The notes beneath the pieces are model-generated. The model made no database searches, was not told the origin of the DNA, and saw nothing but the letters and a program-made list of their open reading frames with translations. From positions 31,248,001-31,312,000 of the forward strand of contig OZ024744.1 of NCBI GenBank assembly GCA_964016885.1: a DNA stretch of 64,000 nucleotides, given 5' to 3'. The stretch comes from Eledone cirrhosa (taxonomy: Eukaryota). This document shows, piece after piece, positions 1 to 11,447 of this stretch. Within the stretch, counting starts at the first letter, position 1. Every line of letters starts with the position of its first letter. The translations under genes were made by a program, and so were the position numbers.

Positions 1-58
1 TCCATTTACCAGTGGTTTCTTAAAAGCAAAAGATGTTGCTTTCAATTCTCAGAATGAA
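1..58 (-). ncRNA. Type I hammerhead motif, PLE family, core mutated (CUGAGAA)
   Basis: Minus strand: ttcatt CTGAGAA ttgaaagcaacatcttttgcttttaa GAAA ccactgg TA aatgga. Confidence 0.6.
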
Positions 59-193
59 AAAATCCTGGTCTGTTTATTGAATTTGGATTTAAAAAAAACA
101 AAAATGCAATCTATATGAAAGTGAGGCTGGAGAAAGAAGAAGGAAAGGAAAAATAAAATAAAACCGCACATGCAAACACACACACAAAAGCAT

Positions 194-269
<76 letters not shown>

Positions 270-880
270 GGTGGCTGCCAACTCGTTTTCGAGTACGGCC
301 ACTATTTTATATCCATGTAGAACTCCTACCGATGCGCTGAACGAGTGTGACTTTTTAGTCCAGCCAGCGACTTGAAAACTCTGGTACAAACACTACACTT
401 GTGACAAATATTGACACATAGTGCTGGGCCCATGATACCATGTGATGACAAGTGCAGAGAGATCTCCAGATATAAACCAATGCCTGTGCCGTGAAGCTTT
501 TATAGTGAGCAAAGGCACTGCACAAAGCCAGTCCCACTCTCTTAACCAAGATGATATTTACCAAAAAGAAGAACAAGTCAACATCATTGGATACCATCAG
601 GGTTGCAGGTGTTATATCAGAGTTTTCCTTCACCTAGACTTCTGCCTTGACAAAGGCTAAGGGGTCATCTCTCCCGGTGATTTTGGATGGCCATTGACTC
701 TTAAGAGCTCCTTTGCCCTTTGACAGGTTTTGTTTTTAGTCCTGCAGGATGTCCAAAGTCACCCTCCTCACCAAGAAACCTTGGTGGGGTTGCCAGTTTA
801 GTCGCCATCGACCCGACCATGAGACAGGTTGTACTGTAATACATGTTACCAGTAGCACCAACTGGTGACCTGACAAAGGC

Positions 881-1014
881 TAACAGTTTTACAAATAAGC
901 TTTGACGTACCCTTTTAAAATGCAACCATTATTTTTGGAAGCCATCCGAATGGCTTCCAAAAATAATGGTTGCATTTTAAAAGGGTACGTCAAAGCTTAT
1001 TTGTAAAACTGTTA
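881..1014. repeat. Perfect hairpin, 65-bp arms and 4-nt loop (ccga)
   Basis: taacagttttac...gccat ccga atggc...gtaaaactgtta. Confidence 0.95.
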
Positions 1015-1021
1015 TATACTG

Positions 1022-1086
1022 TATTTTGTCTGATGAAGGCATACCATAATTTAATTTGGTATCCCTGAAATATGTATAATGAAATA
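1022..1086 (+). ncRNA. Type I hammerhead ribozyme
   Basis: tattttgt CTGATGA aggcatacca..tggtatccct GAAA tatgta TA atgaaata. Stem I is 8 bp (2 GU), stem II is 9 of 10 bp, stem III is a short near-palindrome. AATAAA and (TA)n follow. Confidence 0.8.
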
Positions 1087-1125
1087 AATATGGTTTTATA
1101 AATATAGTTTCCATTTATTAATATC

Positions 1126-1218
<93 letters not shown>

Positions 1219-1471
1219 AATGAGAGGTATAGAGATTGTTTTAGCAAGAAGCTAACGGCATTCTATAACATATATGCGACTATAACGTCAAGATGGGAAA
1301 AGTAGTTAACGAAAGATTTAGGAAAAATAACTCAAACTCATCTCAAAAGAGAATCAGGATATAAATTCATCCACAGAACCTAGTAAAATCCAGGGGAAAA
1401 TCTATAGACCTTTAACTCATGATAAAATAAAGTTTGAAACACTTATCCTTCAATTTGGAATAACATCAAAT

Positions 1472-1552
1472 GCTCTGTATAGTCTTAAAAGACTATTTCA
1501 TGAAAACTTTCAGTGGAGATGGTCACGGTTGGATTTCATTCATCAGCAGAGC
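1472..1552 (-). ncRNA. Type I hammerhead ribozyme (628-nt unit)
   Basis: gctctg CTGATGA atgaaa..tttcat GAAA tagtctt-tt-aagacta TA cagagc; all three stems pair. Confidence 0.88.
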
Positions 1553-1900
1553 TCAACAGAAACCAGGGCTCTCACAGTAGTATAATCCGAAAAAGGGAAT
1601 TCTAAAACTGGCTAGTTCGCCTTCACGTGTATTTATGAAAAAGCACATGAGGAAAAAACGGGGCTAGTGACGTCAGGATGGAAGTGAATGTTTATTTACA
1701 AGAAATAGCAGTCAAATACATTCTGAAAAAAACTCTACAAAGAAGTTCAGCAAAATAGCAATAATTATCACAGTTTTTATGAAAAAAACCGGGATTAGTC
1801 ACAGATAGTTTAAGCACTCTAGGAAAAGAATCCGAGTATAAATATAAATGAGAGGTATAGAGATTGTTTTAGCAAGAAGCTAACGGCATTTTATAACATA

Positions 1901-2777
1901 CTAGCAGTAAAGCCCGGCGTTGCTCGGGGTCGCTCAGTAGCTGTGTTAAAGTTACAATGTTAAGTTTCTTTTTTGGCTTAAAAACTGTAGTGTCTACTGT
2001 GCAGACTTGCATGTGGTGTTTTTGATTAATATTCCCTCAACCAACAATATGCCTTATGAAGTTAAGAAAACATAACGATAACCCGAATGTTATAACAAAA
2101 GAGGATGCTGGGGATAAAAACTGCACTGGTTATTTATTAACAAAGATCGAAAATGTAAACACTACAACGCAGAGAAAAACATTAGCGTAACCAAATTATC
2201 AGTTATGTCTGTCTGCACGCCTATATCACCTCTCTGCACGACTATCTGTCTGCACGCCTATATCACCTCTCTGCACGACTGTCTGTCTGCACGCCTATAT
2301 CACCTCTCTGCACGACTGTCTGTCTGCACGACTGTCTGTCTGCACGCCTAACGACGAAATATTTGCTTGTTTTACGGAGTCTTTAAATAGACTTGTTTTC
2401 AAGTAAAAATATTGTTTTAAAATGCTTTTAAATGGAAATGAAGCAAAACGGAAGCTTAGTGTTCGAACTGATGAATTTTGCAGGTCAATATTTTGCTGGC
2501 TCGACAACTGTTAAAGCCAGCGTAATTTTTTACGTAAGACGCTCAATGTAAACAGAACAAAGGGAAATAACTGATCACTTACGCTCAAAAATCGATACAT
2601 TATATTCGATTTCGTCACATAGGGTGGGTCAATTTGAAATTTTTTTTTTCCGATGTCTTCGCTAGGGCTCAATGTACAAGTATAGCAATTTCGGTGCAAT
2701 TCCGTGAGAGATTCTAAGAGGAGATGTGTGCCAAAAATCGATAGACAGACAGACAACCACAGTTTTATATATATAGA
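1901..2777 (-). mobile_element. Non-autonomous Helitron (877 bp)
   Basis: Minus strand starts TC(tatatata), ends hairpin cccgagcaacgccggg + CTAG, and sits between A and T with no TSD. The empty site ataacata|tatgcgac is seen at 1266-1280. Confidence 0.9.
2207..2350. repeat. ~37-bp minisatellite inside the Helitron
   Basis: gtctgtctgcacgcctatatcacctctctgcacgact x3 plus partial units. Confidence 0.85.
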
Positions 2778-2976
2778 TATGCGACTATAACGTCAAGATG
2801 GGAAAAGTAGTTAACGAAAGATTTAGGAAAAATAACTCAAACTCATCTCAAAAGAGAATCAGGATATAAATTCATCCACAGAACCTAGTAAAATCCAGGG
2901 AAAAATCTATAGACCTTTAACTCATGATAAAATAAAGTTTGAAACACTTATCCTTCAATTTGGAATAACATCAAAT

Positions 2977-3057
2977 GCTCTGTATAGTCTTAAAAGACTA
3001 TTTCATGAAAACTTTCAGTGGAGATGGTCACGGTTGGATTTCATTCATCAGCAGAGC
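2977..3057 (-). ncRNA. Type I hammerhead ribozyme (628-nt unit, second copy)
   Basis: Same sequence as 1472-1552. Confidence 0.88.
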
Positions 3058-3410
3058 ATTAGCCATACACACATACATATACATACATACATACTAGCAC
3101 ACAATCATACATATATACACACGTACATACATAAATGCACTCCTCTACATATTCACACACGCAAATAAATATAAGAAAAAATATATATATAAAAAAATAA
3201 AAATTATTATAGAGTTGACAGCGATACAAACAGCGGGTAGATGAACAGACACGCGTGGTAAGTAATACACACAAATGCACGTATACATACGTACGGAATA
3301 GTGAATACATACACACACTCTCACACATAAATATACATATACAAATACATAAACACATACACATACACAAATACATGCACAAACACGCACACACACACGT
3401 ATACAATTAT

Positions 3411-3487
<77 letters not shown>

Positions 3488-3611
3488 AATATAAATATAC
3501 ACACACACATATATATGTATACATACACGCACACATATACATACATAGCTATACAATTATACACATAGAAATACGTACATATCATAAACACGCACAACCA
3601 AATACAAACAC

Positions 3612-3652
<41 letters not shown>

Positions 3653-3773
3653 CATACATACACACATACATGTGTGTTTGTGTAAAACTCAGTCTTAGAT
3701 AATTCATATGAACCTTACATATATATATATATAGTAGTAAAGTAATAAAGTAATAAGCAACATAAGGCAATTA

Positions 3774-3834
3774 TTCCATTCACCAGTGGTCTCTTAAAAG
3801 CAAAAAAAATTTGCCTTCAATCTTCAGAATGAAA
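3774..3834 (-). ncRNA. Hammerhead motif, PLE family, probably inactive
   Basis: ttcatt CTGAAGA [stem II] GAGA ccactgg TG aatggaa; the core is GAGA and the triplet is GUG. Confidence 0.6.
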
Positions 3835-3886
3835 AAAACCCGGTCTATCTACATATACATATATATACACACACACATATACATAT

Positions 3887-3945
<59 letters not shown>

Positions 3946-4134
3946 AATATACATACACATACACATATGTATGTGAAGGGCAAGGCAAAAAGAATATATG
4001 GGGGGCGGGAAGACATAGGAAAAGGTGAAATATAAGGGGAGATAAGGGAGAAAAAAATATATGCAAGAGTACAGAACGTAGATTCAGCAAAATAAAAAAA
4101 AAACCGTAGCAGAAGTAAAGAGCAGAGAAGGAGT

Positions 4135-5795
4135 TCAAGGCGGTTGATTTATCATAGGAGTGCCAATCCAGTTACAGATCAGATGCGATTTCAGATGAGG
4201 ACAGAATCTGAATATTTCAGTCTTTGAGTTAAGGCAAGCGGAAGTGGCTCTCATGTATAGCAAAATCCTATATTTTTCTGTGGTACACAAAGAACAATTC
4301 TTTGTGCCCCTTTGATACTCCCTCGAATGGTCTAATATAGACCAATCGATAGGGTACGGCATGTTACTATCCTTGAATTCCCACACCTTACTTGCGAGGG
4401 CCGTTGATGTTCGTTTATCGGAGTGCTTAAAAGAAGCGACATGTGAGTAAAATCTGGTTTTAAACCTGTCCTGGGTCATACCGACATATCGTTCACTCCT
4501 GGCTGGCTGGTTGTTGATTACCGGTGTTATTTTAGCCTCATAAACAATAGATTTGGTGTTACATTTACCCTGCAATGGGCATTCATCCAGCTTCCTGCAA
4601 CTGCATCCTGGATTTGTTCTCGTATGGTTTGAACTGGTGATTTTGGACTTCATAGATGGGCAACAAGTGTAGCTGATCTTAACTATGTTCCTATTAAATA
4701 TCTTATAATATCTATGATTAGGAGGAAAATGTTTGTGTAAGAGTTCAAGGAATTTCCTTCCTACATTAGTTTTGATAGTTAGAGAGAAGGGGTGTGTGAA
4801 CCAAATAATCTTCCTTTTCCTGTTATTGTGGTTAGTTTTAGGGGGGGGGGGGGGAGTAGGTAAATACGAATTTTTTTCTGTAAAACCACTGTTCTTAAGG
4901 GTTTTATTATAATAAGGGGCGGCTTTATTAAAAATGTCTATAGACGAAGATAAGGTAGAAATCCTACGACTAATGTTAGGAATAAGATTATTAAAAACTA
5001 TAGGGGGATGGCAAGACTCTTTGTGTATATACCTAAGATGTTCACTAGGTTTATGATAGGGTTTAAAAGAGGCGATAAGTAGATCAAGATTATATCAAGA
5101 AAGTTAGCATTAGTAAAGTTCGTATCTATAGTGATTTTAAGGTTAAGATTAGCAAAAGTATTGATTAATCTTTACGGAATTTATCAAGGTTATGGCCGTT
5201 GGTGGTATGAGAAACTGCTAATCCGTCATCACGGTATAAACCGATATTATGGGAAGGAAATTTCTCTTTGAGGGTGTGGAGAAGGAATAATCCTATTAAG
5301 TCACACACATCCGCACTGTCATATGAACCCATTGCAACATCAAAAGAGTTTTCAGGGTTTGACTTTTTAACCCAAATATTATCATTAGTAAAGAGTAAAG
5401 TTTTTCTAGCATGAAAGATAATGTCTTCTTCTAATTTAGAAATATTAATGAAGGGTCTTGCAAAATCTAAGGCATTAGTTAATAAGGAAACAGTAATAGA
5501 GGGGTAAAAATCGACAATATCAAATTGGGTAAATCTACACTTATTTTTACCTTGTATATTATTAAACCAAGAAATAACAGAGGAAGTATTTAGCCACTGT
5601 GATAGGTCAGTGTTAGTTCTAATTTGGAGAATTATTTTTCTTAAGATTTTTTACTTGCAAGGCCAACCTCGGATTTAGCCGGGTTAATCAGTCTACAACT
5701 AGGTCGATTAGTACAGTCCAATTTATGGTCTTTAAGGGTAATATATTCTTTACGCTTAGCTAGGCTTTCAATCCGGTTGTCTATTTTTAAAGTAC
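4135..5795 (-). pseudogene. Penelope-like retroelement pol remnant (RT + C-terminal GIY-YIG endonuclease), frameshifted and 5'-truncated; resembles Naiad-type PLEs
   Basis: Minus-strand translation gives RT motifs QFDIVDFYPSI (~5495-5527), FDVAMGSYDSADVCDLIGLFLL (~5280-5345) and IGLYRDDGL (~5220-5246). ORF 4135-4653 has CSC..CPLQGKC..SIVYEAKI..YVGMT..FKTRFYSH..CSLCTTEK..LNSKTEI..CPH, i.e. GIY-YIG with Cys/His motifs. Frame breaks lie near 5095 and 5650. Confidence 0.9.
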
Positions 5796-6198
5796 TAGCT
5801 AGAAAAATATAGGATTTTGCTAAACTTGAGAGCCACTTCCGCTTGCCTTAACTCAAAGACTGAGATCTTAAGATGCTGTCCTCATCTGAAATCGCATCTG
5901 ATCTGTAACTGGATTGACACTCCTATGATAAATCAACCGCCTTGAACTCCTTTTCTGCTCTTTACTTCGGCTACGGTTTTTTTATTTTGCTGAATCTACG
6001 TTCTGTACTCTTGCATATATTTTTTTCTCCCTTATCTCCCCTTATATTTTACCTTTTCCTATGTCTTCCCGCCCCCTATATATTCTTTTTGCCTTGCCCT
6101 TCACATACCTATGTGTATGTGTATGTATATTTATGTATATATATATATATATATATATGTATATGTGTGTGTATATATATGTAGATAGACCGGGTTTT

Positions 6199-6259
6199 TT
6201 TCATTCTGAAGATTGAAGGCAAATTTTTTTTGCTTTTAAGAAACCACTGGTGAATGGAA
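6199..6259 (+). ncRNA. Hammerhead motif, PLE family, GUG cleavage triplet
   Basis: tttcatt CTGAAGA ttgaaggcaaa..tttgcttttaa GAAA ccactgg TG aatggaa. Confidence 0.7.
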
Positions 6260-6390
6260 TAATTGCCTAATGTTGCTTATTACTTTATTACTTTACTACT
6301 ATACATATATGTGTATGTAAGGTTCATATGAATTATCTAAGACTGAGTTTTACACACACACACATGTATGTGTGTATGTATGTATATATA

Positions 6391-6878
6391 TCTATTTCTT
6401 GTAAATAAACATTCACTTTCATCCTGACGTCACTAGCCCCGTTTTTCCTCATGTGCTTTTTCACAATCACGCATGATGGCGAACTTGCCAGTTTTAGAAT
6501 TCCCTTTTTCGGATTATAATACTGTGGTAGCCCTGGTTTCTGTTGAGCTCTGCTGACGATTGAAATCCAACCGTGACCATCTCCACTGAAAGTTTTCATG
6601 AAATAGTCTTTTAAGACTATACAGAGCATTTGATGTTATTCCAAATTGAAGGATAAGTGTTTTAAACTTTATTTTATCATGAGTTAAAGGTCTATAGATT
6701 TTTCCCTGGATTTTACTAGGTTCTGTGGATGAATTTGTATCCTGATTCTCTTTTGAGATGAGTTTGAGTTATTTTTCCTAAATCTTTCGTTAACTACTTT
6801 TCCCATCTTGACATTATAGTCGCATATATGTTATAGAATACCGTTAGCTTCTTGCTAAAACAATCTCTATACCTCTCA

Positions 6879-6885
<7 letters not shown>
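6391..6885 (+). mobile_element. Third, truncated copy of the 628-nt HHR element, in a TA tract of the PLE arm
   Basis: Reverse complement of ~1215-1708; absent from the matching position (~3650) of the other arm. Confidence 0.8.
6547..6627 (+). ncRNA. Type I hammerhead ribozyme (628-nt unit)
   Basis: gctctg CTGACGA ttgaaa..tttcat GAAA tagtcttttaagacta TA cagagc. Confidence 0.8.
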
Positions 6886-6927
<42 letters not shown>

Positions 6928-7049
6928 GTGTGTTTGTATTTGGTTGTGCGTGTTTATGATATGTACGTATTTCTATGTGTATAATTGTATAGCTATGTAT
7001 GTATATGTGTGTGTGTATGTATACATATATATGTGTGTGTGTATATTTA

Positions 7050-7106
<57 letters not shown>

Positions 7107-7498
7107 ATAATTGTATACGTGTGTGTGTGCGTGTTTGTGCATGTATTTGTGTTTGTGTATGTATGTGTTTATGTATTTGTATATGTATATTTATGTGTGA
7201 GAGTGTGTGTATGTATTCACTATTCCGTACGTATGTATACGTGCATTTGTGTGTATTACTTACCACGCGTGTCTGTTCAGCTACCCGCCGTTTGTATCGC
7301 TGTCAACTCTATAATAATTTTAATTTTTTTATATATATATTTTTTCTTATATTTATTTGCGTGTGTGAATATGTAGAGGAGTGCATTTATGTATGTGTAT
7401 GTATGTACGTGTGTATATATGTATGATTGTGTGCATGTATGTATGTATATGTATGTGTGTATGGCTATGTTTGTGTATGTGTATGCTTGTACACACAC

Positions 7499-7548
<50 letters not shown>

Positions 7549-7723
7549 GTTCCTATATGTATGTATGTGTGTATATATGTGTGTGTGGTTGTATATATGT
7601 ATGTGTATGTATGGATGTGTTGATATTTATGTGCGTATGTATATATGTGTATATGTATGTGTATATGTGTATTTATATACACATATATATGAGTGTATAT
7701 ATGTGTGTGTGTATGTATGAGTG

Positions 7724-7758
<35 letters not shown>

Positions 7759-7909
7759 ATGCTTTGTGTGTGTGTGTGCGTGTTTGTGTGTGTTTGCATG
7801 TGTGGTTTTATTTTATTTTTCCTTTCCTTCTTCTTTCTCCAGCCTCACTTTCATATAGATTCCATTTTTGTTTTTTAAAAATCCAAATTCAATAAACAGA
7901 CCAGGATTT

Positions 7910-7969
7910 TTTCATTCTGAGGATTGAAAGCAAAATCTTTTGCTTTTAAGAAACCACTGGTAAATGGAA
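7910..7969 (+). ncRNA. Type I hammerhead ribozyme, PLE family, intact core
   Basis: tttcatt CTGAGGA ttgaaagcaaaa-tc-ttttgcttttaa GAAA ccactgg TA aatggaa; GUA site. Confidence 0.85.
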
Positions 7970-8065
7970 TAATTGCCCTCTGTTGTTTATTACATAACTA
8001 TTAAGCCCTGTTACCTACATAGAGCACTCTTTTTTCCTGGACTTTTCCGACGGAATTACTTCATT

Positions 8066-8132
<67 letters not shown>

Positions 8133-8136
<4 letters not shown>

Positions 8137-8326
8137 AAGTATGACCCCGACGGCAGAGCTCAAGCTGTTTCGACGGCTATTTCTGGAGTAGTCCAGAAAT
8201 AGCCGTCAAAACGGCTTCAGCTCTGCCGTCGAGGTCATTCTGTTTCATATTTCCCACTCTACTACTCTAAGTATTGAGTACTCTGGTGCGGTATGGTCCA
8301 TCTGGTTCCTTACCACAGTTCCTTTG

Positions 8327-8328
<2 letters not shown>
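8133..8328 (+). mobile_element. Fold-back family A element in (TA)n
   Basis: ~57-bp inverted arms (gaccccgacggcagagctc..gagctctgccgtcg) plus an ~80-bp unique tail ending cctttgtta. Confidence 0.85.
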
Positions 8329-8390
<62 letters not shown>

Positions 8391-8394
<4 letters not shown>

Positions 8395-8586
8395 AAGTAT
8401 GACCCCGACGGCAGAGCTCAAGCTGTTTCGACGGCTATTTCTGGAGTAGTCCAGAAATAGCAGTCGAAACGGCTTCAGCTCTGCCGTCGGGGTCATACTT
8501 TTTCATATTTCCCACTCTACTACTCTAAGTATTGAGTACTCTGGTGCAGTATGGTCCATCTGGTTCCTTACCACAGTTCCTTTGTT
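8391..8586 (+). mobile_element. Fold-back family A element in (TA)n
   Basis: Direct copy of 8133-8328, separated from it by (TA)n. Confidence 0.85.
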
Positions 8587-9472
8587 ATATATATATATAT
8601 ATATACATGTACATACATACATACATGCACACAATCATACATATATACACACGAACATAGATACACATACATAAATGCACTCCTCTACATATTCACACAG
8701 GCGTGTGTTTTATATTTTACTCTTAATTCGGCCGGAGATTTACATTCCCATTTGCCCTTTAAAGCATATTTTCTGTATTTACTGCGGTTATGAGATGCGG
8801 TTCTTATTCGGGTACAACTTCTGCTTTTAGCCTAAGAAAATATATATATGCGTGTGTAATTTATACACGCATATATTTTTATTTTTTTTATTTTCAATTG
8901 AGTTCTTAACACGTTGGATTGATAATGTTTTCGAAAAAACTAATTAACCCGCGTGTATATTATTATTTTTTCCCTCCTTTCGTGGATCGTAGTTGTCTCC
9001 CCTTCCCGCTTCGTGTCGCTATGATACTTCCTCAGTCAAAAACTGCTGGAATTTCAAATTTGGCGGTCATTCGAGGCGAGAAGGAGCAACTTAACAGACA
9101 CGATTTTTGACTGCGGTAAGAAGATTTTCTTTATATCAAAGTTTAATGATGATTTATAAGCGCCCACCTAAATATATTCTTACATGAATGTATATTAGGC
9201 TTCTACATAAACTGGAAATATTCTCCCAACTTGTAGAAGGCTTATAATGAAACAATTGTTTGGAAAGAGAGATATACTTTAACTTTAATTATATCTCATA
9301 AAATAATACAACTGGTTTTTCCACATTATACATATTGTTAGCACCCCAAACACTTAAATTGGGTTTATATTTAAATATAACCTAATGTTTGTTGAGTGAG
9401 ATGGTTACCAGTCAGAGTTTAGCTTTAAACTATCTCTGTTATTGTATTAAATATATATATATATATATAAAA

Positions 9473-9521
9473 TACTCTGGTGTGGTATGATCCATCTGGT
9501 TCCTTACCACAGTTCCTTTGT

Positions 9522-9552
<31 letters not shown>

Positions 9553-9606
9553 GAACAAGTAAGACCCCGACGGCTGAGCTCAAGCCGTTTCGACGGCTAA
9601 TTCTGT
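9473..9606. mobile_element. Family A fragments (3' tail, TA tract, isolated inverted arm)
   Basis: tactctggtg..cctttgttg, then gaccccgacggctgagctcaagccgtttcgacggctaattctg. Confidence 0.75.
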
Positions 9607-9677
9607 ACATATATATATATATATATGAAATAGAGTTAAATAAAAAGTCAAATGTTTAAAATTTAGCTTCGTTTATT

Positions 9678-9732
9678 ACTGCTATATATATTTCAGTGAC
9701 AGCCATCTTTGGCTGTGACCTCTTCAGGCAGT
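9678..9732 (-). ncRNA. Type I hammerhead ribozyme
   Basis: actgc CTGAAGA ggtcacagcca-aaga-tggctgtcact GAAA tatata TA gcagt, then AATAAA, a short tail and (TA)n. Confidence 0.85.
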
Positions 9733-10113
9733 CCGAATTAGTGTGGTATAGACAAGTACATATGTTGTTGAGGTGTATCATTTTGTCAATACTCTGATAT
9801 GCCCAGTTCCTGGTTAGGTTGTTATTTCTCTGAGGAACAGACATGTTAAATCCCTATATATAGAACAACACTCCACATACACATCAGTTTGACAAGCGCA
9901 CCTCAGCGTGAAAGGTCTTTCTAAAAACGAAACAATACCTCCTACGTTAACCAAGAACTTCTAAGACCTAACCAACAACCAACAACTTAATTTATAAAAA
10001 AAATTTTTTAAGAAAATTTTTTATAATCCGGAAAAAAATTCTTTTTGGATTTTGTGAAGAAAATAAATTTGTTGAAAGCACAAGTGAAGCCATTTTTTCT
10101 TCTTCCCCCCTGT

Positions 10114-10259
<146 letters not shown>

Positions 10260-10631
10260 CACTACCCGCCGTCTTCATTATTTCTGGAGAACATAGAAAT
10301 AAGAATAAAAATAGAATCTACACACAGAAAAGACGCAATGTTTAGACAAATCACAGAGGTAATAAACATAAATGAACTCCAACCAAAATTAAATAGAAAA
10401 CATGAATGGAATAGCAACATCACAACTTACAATTAAGGACAAAATGAAAACACACACACATAGAACAAACAACCAACCAGTAACATGTAAATAAACAAAT
10501 AAATAAACCAATAAAAACACACACAGACACCCGGATGTAACACATGAGCAAACTAAGCACTCAACACACACAAAAACAAGATGGCGTGGGACAGAACAAA
10601 GGAGAGGCACAGAACAAAGAAAAGAATCCCA

Positions 10632-10674
10632 GTCACTGAAGAGGTCACAGAATGTGTGACGAAAGAACTTTGAC
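10632..10674 (+). ncRNA. Candidate minimal hammerhead ribozyme
   Basis: gtca CTGAAGA g gtcaca-gaatg-tgtgac GAAA gaac TT tgac; one extra nucleotide before stem II, CUU site. Confidence 0.55.
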
Positions 10675-10853
10675 AATATATGAACAACCGCCCGGTTGTG
10701 GAACCAACCAACGAGCCGGAAATTTATAATTTTTTTTTGAAATTTAATTTTATAATTTAATTTAAAGTAAATTGAAGTGAAAGCAACTGGTGCGTGTGTT
10801 TCTTATTGGCAACATGACCCTCCTAAAATATAACAATATCGGTTTAAACACAC

Positions 10854-10921
<68 letters not shown>

Positions 10922-10926
<5 letters not shown>

Positions 10927-11084
10927 CATATGTATATATATGTATATATATATATTGGAAACTCTGCTTCGTAGAATCGAGACGTATCTGAGGACCTTGC
11001 GATTTCAGAGTCAGGTTCGATCATTGCATCGATCGTGCCTCGAGCTGGTCACCAGAGAATGGATTGTAATATGTCTAATAAATT

Positions 11085-11125
<41 letters not shown>

Positions 11126-11320
11126 ATAAGAAACGGAGAATCAGTGGTGCGATGAATAACATTTATTAGACATATTACAATCGTTACTCTGGCGACCAGC
11201 TCGAGGCAAGATCGATGCAATGATCGAACCTGACTCTGAAATCGCAAGGTCCTCAGATACGTCTCGATTCTACGAAGCAGAGTTTCCAATATATATATAC
11301 ATATATATACATATGTAAAT
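10922..11320. repeat. Tail-to-tail inverted repeat across a (TA)n tract
   Basis: 10953-11088 is the reverse complement of ~11156-11290; each arm has AATAAA near its end. Confidence 0.85.
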
Positions 11321-11447
11321 ATATATATATATATACATAAACATATATATATATACATAGATATACATATATACATATGTTATATATATATATACATACA
11401 TATATATACACACACACACACACATATATATATATGCAAATGCATAT

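Larger units (their letters stand above)
1215..3060 (-). mobile_element. Retrozyme-like non-coding partial tandem (628-nt unit, two HHRs), interrupted by a Helitron
   Basis: 1218.. repeats at 1846.. (period 628). 2778-3057 continues the repeat after the Helitron. A third copy is at 6391-6885 (+). Confidence 0.75.
1..8066. mobile_element. PLE insertion with a long inverted 3' (pLTR-like) copy; left arm broken by nested insertions
   Basis: 5800-6390 is the reverse complement of 3660-4278; 6910-7470 of 3060-3660; 7760-7968 of 1-230. Confidence 0.8.

Noticed and set aside
4135-4653. Selenocysteine (in-frame TGA) coding, reported for some Naiad PLEs
   Set aside because: The conserved Cys positions in this ORF are ordinary Cys codons; no internal TGA was seen.
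10976-11043. HHR at CTGAGGA in the 10.9-11.3 kb inverted repeat
   Set aside because: Stem I is plausible, but there is no GAAA at the required position.
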